This document shows positions 12,855-21,437 of a stretch of DNA of 32,000 bases, piece by piece. Under the pieces are notes generated by a model. The model saw only the letters and a program-made list of their open reading frames with translations, did not search any database and was not told the DNA's origin. Within the stretch, counting starts at the first letter, position 1; the number at the start of each line of letters is the position of its first letter. A program made the position numbers and the translations under genes. This DNA is from Alkanindiges illinoisensis DSM 15370 (GTDB lineage Bacteria; Pseudomonadota; Gammaproteobacteria; Pseudomonadales; Moraxellaceae), in NCBI RefSeq assembly GCF_000619845.1, contig NZ_JHUX01000003.1, positions 60,001 through 92,000 on the forward strand, given 5' to 3'.

Positions 12855-13475
12855 ATGAATTTTGATCTTGACGTTATAAATCAGAAATATGGGAAAAATC
12901 CCCAGCAATTAATTACGTGGGCATTGGGATTAGGCAAGCCTGCAATTTGTACCACCAATTTTAGGCCGTATGAAGCGGTAATGCTGCATATGCTGACACA
13001 GGTGAAGCCGGACATTCCTGTGATCTGGATGGACAGTGGCTATAATACTGAGGCAACTTACTGCTTTGCTGATGAAGTCACCAAACGCTTAAACCTTAAC
13101 TTGAAAATTTACCTGCCAAAACGCTCACGTGCACATCGTGAAGCGCTGGAAGGCGCAGTCCCGGCGCTTGATGACCCGCGTCATGCCGCCTTTACTGAAG
13201 AAGTGAAATTGGAGCCTTTTGCCCGGGCCTTACAAGAAACTGCGCCACAAGTGTGGTTTACCGCATTAAGGGCCAGTGACACGGCTGAACGGGGACAAAT
13301 GCAGCCTGTCAGTATCAACCCGGATGGTCTGATTAAGGTTGCACCTTTACTACATTGGTCATCGCGCGATATGTATGAATATTTAACAGCGCATCAGCTA
13401 CCTGATAATGTGGATTATTATGATCCCACCAAGGGAGAAGAAAAGCGCGAATGTGGCTTACATTTAAGCCATTAG
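12855..13475 (+). CDS. cysH: Phosphoadenosine phosphosulfate (PAPS) reductase family protein, CysH-like
   Basis: KPDIPVIWMDSGYNTEATYCFADEVTKRLNLNLKIY aligns with E. coli CysH [36 protein letters not shown]. The C-terminal catalytic motif KRECGLH is present. There is no CC...CXXC Fe-S cysteine set. Confidence 0.8.
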   Translation: MNFDLDVINQKYGKNPQQLITWALGLGKPAICTTNFRPYEAVMLHMLTQVKPDIPVIWMDSGYNTEATYCFADEVTKRLNLNLKIYLPKRSRAHREALEGAVPALDDPRHAAFTEEVKLEPFARALQETAPQVWFTALRASDTAERGQMQPVSINPDGLIKVAPLLHWSSRDMYEYLTAHQLPDNVDYYDPTKGEEKRECGLHLSH

Positions 13476-13516
13476 TAGTCGAATACAGGGTTTGAGCCCA
13501 TTCAAGTAATCTGTGT

Positions 13517-14581
13517 CTATTCAAGCAATCGAAGCTGGGCCTGTTGCTGTTGTAGTGCCAGTTCACCCACGCCCACGCCAGCCAGCCGGAACATGAGTTG
13601 ATGATTAAGTTCAGGGGTCAGGCGCTCAATCATAAGCAATACAGCTGCCTGAAATTCAGTATAATGTGGAATATGGCTGGAGTAGGTGACTGAGCGGGTA
13701 ATGGTTTTAAACTGACTGGTTTTGAGCTTAATCGTGACTGTGCGTGCGCTCATCTGTTTTTTCTGCATTTGCTCCCATACTTGATGCGCCAGATGGTGCC
13801 AGTGCTCGCCCAGCTCAGGCAGAAACTTGTCCTCACTAAAGGTGGTTTCCTTGGAAATTTGCTGTCGCTCACGGCTAGCATTCACCGGACGTTCATCAAT
13901 GCCGCGTGCCAGATCATAGAGCCGATAGCCATAGCGGCCAAAATGATGTGCCAGCTCTGCCTGGCTATGCTGCGCCAGCTCACCCACGGTTTGAATATTT
14001 AGTATCTGCATTCTTTGCAGGGTAACCTGACCCACACCCGGAATTTTTCCTACTGGTAAGTTTGGTAAAAACTGCGTAACCTGACTGGGTTTAATCACAC
14101 ATAACCCATTGGGCTTGTTCCAGTCTGAAGCAATTTTGGCTAAAAACTTGTTGGGAGCAACACCGGCTGAGGCGGTCAGACGGGTTTGTGCAAAAATTTC
14201 GGCACGAATGGCCTGCGCCACATCGGTAGCAGTAGGCAGGTTTTTAAAATTGCGGGTTACATCCAGATAGGCTTCATCCAGAGATAAGGGTTCAATCAGA
14301 TCAGTATACTGATGAAAAATGTCGTGAACTTGCCGGGATACCTCACGGTATTTATCAAAACTGGGCGTAATATAAATGGCATGTGGACAAAGCTGCTTGG
14401 CTCTGGCGACTGACATGGCAGAGCGTAGCCCAAACTGGCGTGCTTCATAAGAGGCAGCACAAATTACTGAGCGTGGGCCATCCCAGGCAACCACCACAGG
14501 CTGACCGCGTAGGTCTGGCTGGTCGCGAATTTCTACAGAAGCATAAAACGCATCCATATCAATATGCACAATTTTACGCAC
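13517..14581 (-). CDS. dinB: DNA polymerase IV (Y-family)
   Basis: MRKIVHIDMDAFYASVEIRD... and SLDEAYLDV are canonical DinB/UmuC-family motifs. 354 aa. Confidence 0.95.
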   Translation of the reverse strand: MRKIVHIDMDAFYASVEIRDQPDLRGQPVVVAWDGPRSVICAASYEARQFGLRSAMSVARAKQLCPHAIYITPSFDKYREVSRQVHDIFHQYTDLIEPLSLDEAYLDVTRNFKNLPTATDVAQAIRAEIFAQTRLTASAGVAPNKFLAKIASDWNKPNGLCVIKPSQVTQFLPNLPVGKIPGVGQVTLQRMQILNIQTVGELAQHSQAELAHHFGRYGYRLYDLARGIDERPVNASRERQQISKETTFSEDKFLPELGEHWHHLAHQVWEQMQKKQMSARTVTIKLKTSQFKTITRSVTYSSHIPHYTEFQAAVLLMIERLTPELNHQLMFRLAGVGVGELALQQQQAQLRLLE

Positions 14582-14704
14582 ACATCATCCTGACTTTGGT
14601 AATTAGGTGAAATTTAATATAACTATTAAAACAATCAGCGGGTTGGGTCGAAGTAAACTCTATTGTTTAAATAAACACACTAACTGTCCCGATTGAATAA
14701 CAAT

Positions 14705-14720
14705 ATGATTTTAAAATCAT
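14705..14720. promoter_or_regulatory. Perfect 16-bp palindrome ATGATTTTAAAATCAT (candidate operator)
   Basis: Read directly from the sequence. It lies in the divergent intergenic region between dinB (start 14581) and the HD-family gene (start 14919). A second AT-rich palindrome, TGTTTA-AA-TAAACA, is at 14664-14677. Confidence 0.3.
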
Positions 14721-14918
14721 GTGAATTTTACGTTAAATCACATCTTGGCAGACAGAAATTTTTTTGTAAGCCCATACTCATGCTGCCAAAACTGATATTG
14801 CCGAACTAACAGGAAGGCTGTTTTAACCAAAGCCAACAGTTTTTTGATGAAATGCGCTATAAAAAGGAAAAGCATCCCTCTAATGACGCAATATTTAATA
14901 CGCCATGAGAAAACCAGT

Positions 14919-15677
14919 ATGTTAGCTACGCCACAAATCAAGTTGTATGAAGAACTGCTTAAGAGATCATGGCAGCGACTTTGCCAGCAATTAGACCTGC
15001 CTGCTGATCAGGCCTTTGTGACACAGGTTTATCAGGAATTACTGGCGAGCTATGCTGAACCGCATCGTGCCTATCATAGTGTGCAGCATCTTGCTGAGTG
15101 CATTAGCCTGTTTGAGCAGGTTAGCCATCTGGCCGTAGAGCCTACGCTGTTAGAAATTGCCTTATGGTTTCATGATGCTATTTATAAAACCCATCCATTG
15201 CCTAAGCAGTCAACTCATAAACAGGCTAATAATGCGCAACCTAACAGTAAGCAGCTTAATAATGAGCAAATAAGCAATGAACACTTAAGTAACGAGCAAA
15301 AAAGTGCAAATTGGGCAGCGCAATTCCTGAAGCGTTGCAAAGTTAACCCAATAATCATTCAACAAGTGAACCAGCTGATCATGGCAACCCAGCATCATCA
15401 GGCCAGCAATAATGAGGACAAACTGATGGTGGATATTGACCTCGCCATCTTAGGCGCTATGCCTGCACGCTTTGCCGAATATCAGCAGCAAATCAGGGAA
15501 GAATATGATTTTGTGGCACTAGCACTATTCAATATCAAGCGCAGGGAAGTGCTGGCTGGGTTTTATCAGCGACCACGCATTTATCAGACAGATTATTTTT
15601 ACAGCCGCTATGAAAAGCAAGCGCGTGAAAATTTGCAGGCAGCACTAGCAAATGATAATAAGGACTTTACAGGCTAA
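14919..15677 (+). CDS. HD-superfamily metal-dependent phosphohydrolase-like protein (COG4339-like)
   Basis: HRAYHSVQHL...LWFHDAIY matches the H...HD motif. The likely start is the ATG at 14919 (MLATPQIKLYEELL). An N/Q/S-rich insertion follows the HD motif. Confidence 0.7.
   Translation: MLATPQIKLYEELLKRSWQRLCQQLDLPADQAFVTQVYQELLASYAEPHRAYHSVQHLAECISLFEQVSHLAVEPTLLEIALWFHDAIYKTHPLPKQSTHKQANNAQPNSKQLNNEQISNEHLSNEQKSANWAAQFLKRCKVNPIIIQQVNQLIMATQHHQASNNEDKLMVDIDLAILGAMPARFAEYQQQIREEYDFVALALFNIKRREVLAGFYQRPRIYQTDYFYSRYEKQARENLQAALANDNKDFTG
15255..15299 (+). repeat. In-frame 15-bp tandem repeat x3 encoding [L/I]-[N/S]-N-E-[Q/H]
   Basis: cttaataatgagcaa / ataagcaatgaacac / ttaagtaacgagcaa encode LNNEQ-ISNEH-LSNEQ inside the HD-family CDS. 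Confidence 0.7.
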
Positions 15678-15704
15678 CATTCATAATTTGTATGGGTTCA
15701 GGCA

Positions 15705-15866
15705 TAAAAAAGCCCGACAATATTCATCCTGAATGGTCGGGCATTCCTTTAGCATCCTGCTGTACATCCTGTTCTCGATACATCCCATCGAGCCTTGCGA
15801 TTGTTGCCAACCTTTCAGCTAGCGCTATCCTTATGGCTAATCCGTGCCATGTCATCCTTGATTCGC
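15705..15866 (-). ncRNA. Candidate Csr/Rsm-family CsrA(RsmA)-sequestering sRNA
   Basis: The minus strand carries 8 GGA motifs in about 135 nt. Three are CAGGATG (15725-31, 15753-59, 15765-71) and one is AAGGATG (15853-59). GGA motifs fall in the loops of predicted hairpins at 15774-15792, 15833-15850 and 15751-15761, and in the terminator loop. A strong terminator sits at the 3' end and a GacA box upstream. The 5' end is approximate. Confidence 0.6.
15706..15742 (-). terminator. Rho-independent terminator of the candidate sRNA
   Basis: Stem GCCCGAC (15712-15718) / GTCGGGC (15736-15742) with inner pairing ATTCA/TGAAT. On the minus strand it is followed by UUUUUU (15706-15711). Confidence 0.8.
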
Positions 15867-15922
15867 TAAACACATCATCTCGCATTTGACCCCGCCAAAA
15901 CAGACGCCACAACCCCAATTGA

Positions 15923-15940
15923 TGTACGCCAATGCTTACA
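15923..15940 (-). promoter_or_regulatory. GacA/UvrY-box-like upstream activating sequence
   Basis: The minus strand reads TGTAAG-CATTGG-CGTACA. The Pseudomonas consensus is TGTAAG-N6-CTTACA, so this is 11/12 of the specified positions. Its centre is about 75 nt upstream of the first GGA motif. Confidence 0.5.
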
Positions 15941-16072
15941 AAAGTTAACATACCCTTGAGTGGTTAACGTCTCGACTGACATAAAATAAAGTTCAAAGAT
16001 GTATTAGGCAGGATTGTTGTACAATAACCCTGTAGTATCGTTAAATGGATTTGTAGGATTAGCTTAACAATA

Positions 16073-16897
16073 ATGAAAATTCATCATTTAAATTGCGGAA
16101 CTTTTTGCCCCAGTTGTCAACGGTTACTCGAAGGCAAGGGAAGCTGGCTGCAACCTGCCACTATGTGCTGCCATTGTCTGGCCATTGAAACCAGTGAGGG
16201 CCTAATTCTGGTGGATACAGGGCTTGGGGTACAGGATGTACTAACACCAAAGCATCTAGGGCATACGTTCAGGAACCTGATGCGACCAAAACTGGAGCTG
16301 GAAGAAACAGCGCTGTTTCAACTGGATCAGATGGGCTTTAATCGCCGTGAGGTGCGACATATTGTGCTCACGCATCTGGATCTGGATCATGCAGGTGGCA
16401 TTGCTGATTTTCCGGCAGCAAAAATTCATGCGTGTAGTACCGAAATTGAAGCCGCGCTACGGCCACACTGGCGTGACAAGCTGCGCTACCGGGCCAAGCA
16501 GTTTGAGTTTAATCCCAAATGGGCAGCGACAATTAATACCACGGATACCTGGTTTGGCTTTGAAAATATTCAGCGGCTAAAAGGTATTAAGGAAGAAATT
16601 ATACTGGTGCCATTACATGGACATACCCGTGGTCATTGTGGTGTTGCAGTGAAACAATCCAGTGGTAAGTGGCTTTTTCATGTGGGTGACCTGTATATGG
16701 ATCGCCGCAGTTTATATGGCAAGGCTCCGGCTGCCATGAAGCAATGTGAAAATCTGTTAGCTGTGGATAATAAACAGCGACTTGGTTATGTCAAACGAGT
16801 GCGTCAATTGATTGATGAGCATAGTGATGCGGTTGAAGTGTTCTGCGCGCATGACATGAGTGAACTCAATTATTATCGTGAGCAGCAACTCGACTAA
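16073..16897 (+). CDS. MBL-fold metallo-hydrolase
   Basis: 274 aa. LTHLDLDHAGG (an HxHxDH-type metal motif) and a downstream HGHTRGH. The substrate is unknown. Confidence 0.85.
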   Translation: MKIHHLNCGTFCPSCQRLLEGKGSWLQPATMCCHCLAIETSEGLILVDTGLGVQDVLTPKHLGHTFRNLMRPKLELEETALFQLDQMGFNRREVRHIVLTHLDLDHAGGIADFPAAKIHACSTEIEAALRPHWRDKLRYRAKQFEFNPKWAATINTTDTWFGFENIQRLKGIKEEIILVPLHGHTRGHCGVAVKQSSGKWLFHVGDLYMDRRSLYGKAPAAMKQCENLLAVDNKQRLGYVKRVRQLIDEHSDAVEVFCAHDMSELNYYREQQLD

Positions 16898-16940
16898 GCC
16901 ATAAAGACGCTTTTTCAACAATCTGAATATCGTTTATTTA

Positions 16941-16972
16941 AAAAAACCAGCTCACGAAGAACTGGTTTTTTT
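16941..16972. terminator. Bidirectional terminator shared by the MBL gene and the RND permease gene
   Basis: AAAAAAACCAG-ctcacgaagaa-CTGGTTTTTTT. The A-run and T-run extend the stem. The hairpin overlaps the RND stop codon (16952-16954). Confidence 0.7.
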
Positions 16973-19900
16973 GTATTTATGCACCTGACGAACCGTCCAG
17001 TTTTTCATGTCATCCAGATAGGTGTAAATCACTGGAACAACCACCAGCGTGAGTAGGGTAGAGGTTAATACCCCGCCAATAATGGCATGAGCCATAGGGG
17101 CACGCTGTTCGGCACCTTCACCCAAACCAAGTGCCAGCGGCACCATGCCCATCACCATTGCGCTGGTCGTCATCAAAATGGGACGCAAGCGGGTTTGCCC
17201 GGCCTGAATAATGGCCTGCTCACGCGATACTCCCTCTTCGACGGCCTGATTAATAAAATCAATGAGCAAAATGGCATTCTTGGTCACCAGACCCATCAGC
17301 ATGATAATGCCAATGATGGAAAACATATTGAGGGTACTTTGAAACAGGAACAAGGCCAGGAACACCCCAATCAGCGATAAGGGCAGGGATGCCATAATGG
17401 TGAGTGGATGCAGGAAACTATTAAACTGTGATCCCAGTACCATATAAATAAACAGCACAGCCAGAATCAGTGCTGTAGTGGCATAACCAATGGACTCTTC
17501 CATATTCTTATTACCGCCAAGCGTCTGGAATTTATAACCGGGTGGTAGCTTCATGTCCTGCTGGATGCGCTTGATATCTTCGCCAATATCACCTGCCGGA
17601 CGTCCGGAAGTGTTGGCATCGATCAGTACTTCGCGGAACAAGTTGCGCCGGTTAATCTGTGAAGCGCCCAGCATTTGTTCAAAGGTAGCCACCTGTGACA
17701 GGGGAATCAGGCTGGGCTGCCGGGTTTGGCTTAAATTGCTGGAAGTAAAATACAGGTTCTGCAATTGGTTCAGGTTTTGCCGGCCACTTTCTGGCAAGCG
17801 GACATTGACATCATAGTTTTCGCCATGCGGATCCTGCCATGTCGTGATGTTATCACCGGCCAATAAAGGGCGCAGGGCCTGTCCAATTTGTCCGACTGAC
17901 AGTCCCAGGTCACTGGCGGCTTCACGGTTCAGTTGTACTGCCAGCGTAGGTTTGGGTTCGGCTAATGAGGAACGCAAATCCACAATACCAGGCACAGTTT
18001 TAACCTTGGCCATAAACTGGTCAGATAGCTTTTGTAATTCATTAAGTTCGGGGCCAGTAATTGACACCATAATGGGTTTTAAGCCACCGGAAATGCTGTC
18101 ATCATCGGCTGAAATGGACGTTACTTTAATACCGGCAACGGCCTGCAATTCCTGCCGGATATCATTGACCAGTATCTTAAGGCCACGTTCACGCTCACTT
18201 TTGGGTTTAAGACTCACCCGCAATGTCGCACGGTTGCGACCACGACTTCCCGTTGAGTTAATCGAGCCATAGGTGGTAACCACTTCCGGGAAATCACGCA
18301 AAATACGGTCAACCTGTTTCACTTTGGCTTCAGTGTATTGCAGGGTGGAATCCACCGGCGTTTCAAACTGAACCTTAAGCTCGCCCAAATCTGGTGTTGG
18401 CACAAATTCCTTACCAATCAGGCTAGCCAGCATAAATGCAATCACTAGCGATAATAGCGCGCCACCCAGCGTGAGTAAGCGGAAACGCAGGCAAAATTTT
18501 AAAATATGGGTATAAACGCCATTTAATCGGTCAATTTGCCGGGTACAGCTATCCAAAAAGCGCTGAAACCAGTTTTTATTCTGATCAATTTCCGGTTTTT
18601 CCGGCCAGATGGCCGACAGCATGGGATCAAGCGTCAAACTGACAAACATGGATAGCAGCACGGCAGCACTTACCGCCACGCCAAACTGGTAAAAGAAGCG
18701 ACCAATAATCCCGCCCATAAAAGCAACCGGCAAAAACACCGCTACAATAGTGAGGGTGGTTGCCAGTACGGCAAGGCCAATTTCCCGGGTGCCGTCCAGT
18801 GCTGCCTGTTTATGATCCTTGCCCATGGCTGCATGGCGTACAATGTTTTCACGCACCACAATGGCATCATCAATCAGCAGACCAATACACAGCGCCATTG
18901 CCATCAGGGTCATCAGGTTAATACTAAAACCAAACGCCCAGATGACAGCCAGTGTGCCAAACAGTGAAATAGGCAGGGTTAGCCCGGTAATAATGGTTGA
19001 GCGCCACGACCCCAAAAACAGCAATACAATAAAGATGGCCAGCACGCCGCCTTCAATCAGGGTTCTGACCACATCTGAAATAGACGCCCGGATGGATTTG
19101 GCCCGATCCGAACTTAAGGTAAAAGTCACTCCGGCAGGCAGTTGCTGCTTAATGTCATTCAGCACCGCCTTACTCTGGTCAACGACTTTAATAACGTTAG
19201 CCTCAGAGGTTTTTAAAATATCCAGACTGACGGCATTATTGCCATTAAAGTAGGCACCCGTATCAGCTTCGGCCTGACTATCAACCACATTGGCCACTTG
19301 CGACAAATAAATCGGGGTCTGGTTACGCCGTGCCACGATCAGGCGGTTAAAATCTACCGGATTCTGTAGCCGTCCCTTGACTTCAACCACTAACTCCTGA
19401 TTGCCATGTTTGAGTGTGCCACTGGGCAGTTGCAGGTTTTCCGTACGCAACACGTCAATAATTTGGTTAATACTGACTCCCAGCGCCTGCATTTGTTCCG
19501 GCAGCACTTCAATCCGGATCTGGCGCTGTACATCCCCCAGCATATTGACATTACCCACGCCAGAAATTGTGCGCAGCTGTGGAATAATGCGTTGATCCAG
19601 ATAGTTACTGAGGTCACGCATGGGCATATTGTTGGAGCGGAAAATCACCGACAGCACTGGAGCATCGCTGGGGTTATAGCGTTCAATGAGCGGGTCTTCC
19701 ACCTCATCACGCAATTGAGGCTGCACAATGGCAATCTTGTCGCGCACATCTTGCGCAGCTAGCGTTGAGGGTACATCCAGATTAAATTCCACAATCACTG
19801 TGGACAAGCCTTCGCTGGAAGATGAAATAACCTGCTTTACACCCGAAATGGTATTAATGGAATCCTCAAGCTTTTTGGTGACATCGGATTCCACCATTTC

Positions 19901-20068
19901 AGGCGATGCACCCGGATAGGTGGTGTAAACCACCACATAGGGAAAATCAATATCCGGGAATTCTTCAACGGTCATGCGCTGCCATGAAGCCAGACCCGTC
20001 ACCATTAATGCCAGCATCAGCATGGCTGTAAATACAGGATTATTGACACTAATTCGGGTGAGCCACAT
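16952..20068 (-). CDS. RND efflux transporter permease subunit (AcrB/AcrD/AcrF family)
   Basis: 1038 aa. The layout is typical 12-TM RND with two large periplasmic loops. It lies immediately downstream of an adaptor gene. Confidence 0.95.
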   Translation of the reverse strand: MWLTRISVNNPVFTAMLMLALMVTGLASWQRMTVEEFPDIDFPYVVVYTTYPGASPEMVESDVTKKLEDSINTISGVKQVISSSSEGLSTVIVEFNLDVPSTLAAQDVRDKIAIVQPQLRDEVEDPLIERYNPSDAPVLSVIFRSNNMPMRDLSNYLDQRIIPQLRTISGVGNVNMLGDVQRQIRIEVLPEQMQALGVSINQIIDVLRTENLQLPSGTLKHGNQELVVEVKGRLQNPVDFNRLIVARRNQTPIYLSQVANVVDSQAEADTGAYFNGNNAVSLDILKTSEANVIKVVDQSKAVLNDIKQQLPAGVTFTLSSDRAKSIRASISDVVRTLIEGGVLAIFIVLLFLGSWRSTIITGLTLPISLFGTLAVIWAFGFSINLMTLMAMALCIGLLIDDAIVVRENIVRHAAMGKDHKQAALDGTREIGLAVLATTLTIVAVFLPVAFMGGIIGRFFYQFGVAVSAAVLLSMFVSLTLDPMLSAIWPEKPEIDQNKNWFQRFLDSCTRQIDRLNGVYTHILKFCLRFRLLTLGGALLSLVIAFMLASLIGKEFVPTPDLGELKVQFETPVDSTLQYTEAKVKQVDRILRDFPEVVTTYGSINSTGSRGRNRATLRVSLKPKSERERGLKILVNDIRQELQAVAGIKVTSISADDDSISGGLKPIMVSITGPELNELQKLSDQFMAKVKTVPGIVDLRSSLAEPKPTLAVQLNREAASDLGLSVGQIGQALRPLLAGDNITTWQDPHGENYDVNVRLPESGRQNLNQLQNLYFTSSNLSQTRQPSLIPLSQVATFEQMLGASQINRRNLFREVLIDANTSGRPAGDIGEDIKRIQQDMKLPPGYKFQTLGGNKNMEESIGYATTALILAVLFIYMVLGSQFNSFLHPLTIMASLPLSLIGVFLALFLFQSTLNMFSIIGIIMLMGLVTKNAILLIDFINQAVEEGVSREQAIIQAGQTRLRPILMTTSAMVMGMVPLALGLGEGAEQRAPMAHAIIGGVLTSTLLTLVVVPVIYTYLDDMKNWTVRQVHKYKKTSSS

Positions 20069-20137
20069 ATTTTTACCTTATTATCGACGTTGCCAGTCCA
20101 TGTGTATTCAAACAATAAAAAAACAAAAGGGCAGGGC

Positions 20138-21250
20138 TTAGCTGACCTTGACAGGGCTTCCATTGGCCTGTTCAGAAAATTTAACCAGACTCACGACATC
20201 ATCGGGTTGAATGCCTTTAACCAGTACGCTGTTACTGGCCTGATCCTGTATCACGACTTCAACATTTACTTTATGCAATCGGTTCTGGCGAACAACCCAC
20301 ACATACATCTGATGCGCACTATCGTGTTGAATGGCCTGCGCTGGCAATACCAGACCGGACTGGCTATTATTGAGCTGAATAGATCCCTCAACATAATTGC
20401 CAATGGCAAGGCTGGATGCCGGACTAGTAACGGTGGCATAAAACTGCACCGCGCGGCTGGCCGCATCAGTCACCGGATTAATACGGGAAATACGTGCTGT
20501 AAAGACAGGCTGGCTTTGTCCGGCAAGCTGGAACTGGACAGCCTGGCCGACCTGAATACTGTTTTGCGTATCCGGTGCTGAACCCTGCAATTCAAGTGAT
20601 GTAGAATCCACAATTTCAAACAGGGTTTGACCCGGAGCCACAGTCTGGCCAACCTGTACCTGACGATTTGACACAACACCCGAAATCGGTGCGCTCACCA
20701 CTGCATCACTTACCGCTTTTTGTGCAATAGTGACCAGCGCCTGCTGTGCTGCCATATTTTCACGCTGGGCACGGGCATCTACCTTGCTACGCTCATATTC
20801 AATTTCAGAAATAAATCCCTGCTTGAACAAACGCTGGTTACGTTCAGCAAGGTTCTGGCTTAGATCGGCCTGTGCCTTGGTTGCGGTATAGTTTGCCCTG
20901 GCCTGAAGCAAGCGGGCTTGATCATCCTGATTGTTTAAGCGAAGCAAGGTTTGTCCTTTTTGTACCTGATTGCCATTATCAGCGTAGACCTGAGTAATTG
21001 TGCCTGAGGTTTGCGCCTGAACAGAAGTCCGCTGACGCGCCTGCAGGGTGCCTGTAAACCTGATCTGGCTTGACAGGCTACGATACTGGGGTTTTATCAG
21101 GTCAGTTCCAATCAGCTCAAGCTGACGAGGTGCTGAGGATTCAGAAGTGGACGGGGTAGAGGGGGTCTCGGTTTTTTGACAGCCCCATAACATGACACAA
21201 AAGGTACAGGCAAGGCATAGCCGTACTGATAACACGCTTAAAATTTTCAT
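20138..21250 (-). CDS. RND efflux periplasmic adaptor (membrane fusion protein), lipoprotein
   Basis: 370 aa. Lipobox LWGC. HlyD/AcrA-like coiled-coil hairpin (…QARLLQARANYTATKAQADL…) and beta-barrel region. It lies 69 bp upstream of the permease gene. Confidence 0.9.
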   Translation of the reverse strand: MKILSVLSVRLCLACTFCVMLWGCQKTETPSTPSTSESSAPRQLELIGTDLIKPQYRSLSSQIRFTGTLQARQRTSVQAQTSGTITQVYADNGNQVQKGQTLLRLNNQDDQARLLQARANYTATKAQADLSQNLAERNQRLFKQGFISEIEYERSKVDARAQRENMAAQQALVTIAQKAVSDAVVSAPISGVVSNRQVQVGQTVAPGQTLFEIVDSTSLELQGSAPDTQNSIQVGQAVQFQLAGQSQPVFTARISRINPVTDAASRAVQFYATVTSPASSLAIGNYVEGSIQLNNSQSGLVLPAQAIQHDSAHQMYVWVVRQNRLHKVNVEVVIQDQASNSVLVKGIQPDDVVSLVKFSEQANGSPVKVS

Positions 21251-21437
21251 AAAATCAAATCCAGATTTTATATAAAGTTACATGGCGATTTAACGAAAAA
21301 TGCAGGATTTTCTACAAAATTCGCTGTAATTTTAATGGCTTATAGGTTTTATAACGTCCGTGACAGTAAATCAAAGCCCGCGCTATCATAGCAAAAGCTT
21401 TAAATTTGAGCATTATTTAGTTTGAGGTTTATGAGAA

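Noticed and set aside
14738-14941. 67-aa minus-strand ORF in the dinB/HD intergenic region
   Set aside because: It overlaps the start of the HD-family gene, is hydrophobic and AT-codon-driven, has no RBS, and is probably spurious.
15692-15951. 65-aa (+) and 75-aa (-) ORFs in the HD/MBL intergenic gap
   Set aside because: Neither has an RBS, and both translations look non-protein-like. The region is better explained by the GGA-rich sRNA with its terminator and GacA box.
17087-19919. Seven + strand ORFs (63-144 aa) and one short minus-strand alternate-frame ORF (19390-19617, 75 aa) inside the RND permease gene
   Set aside because: All overlap the 1038-aa permease CDS, either antisense or out of frame. 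They are Ser/Arg/Cys-rich shadow ORFs without RBSs.
20090-20581. 163-aa + strand ORF overlapping the adaptor (MFP) gene
   Set aside because: It is antisense to a well-supported MFP CDS and has no recognisable domain.
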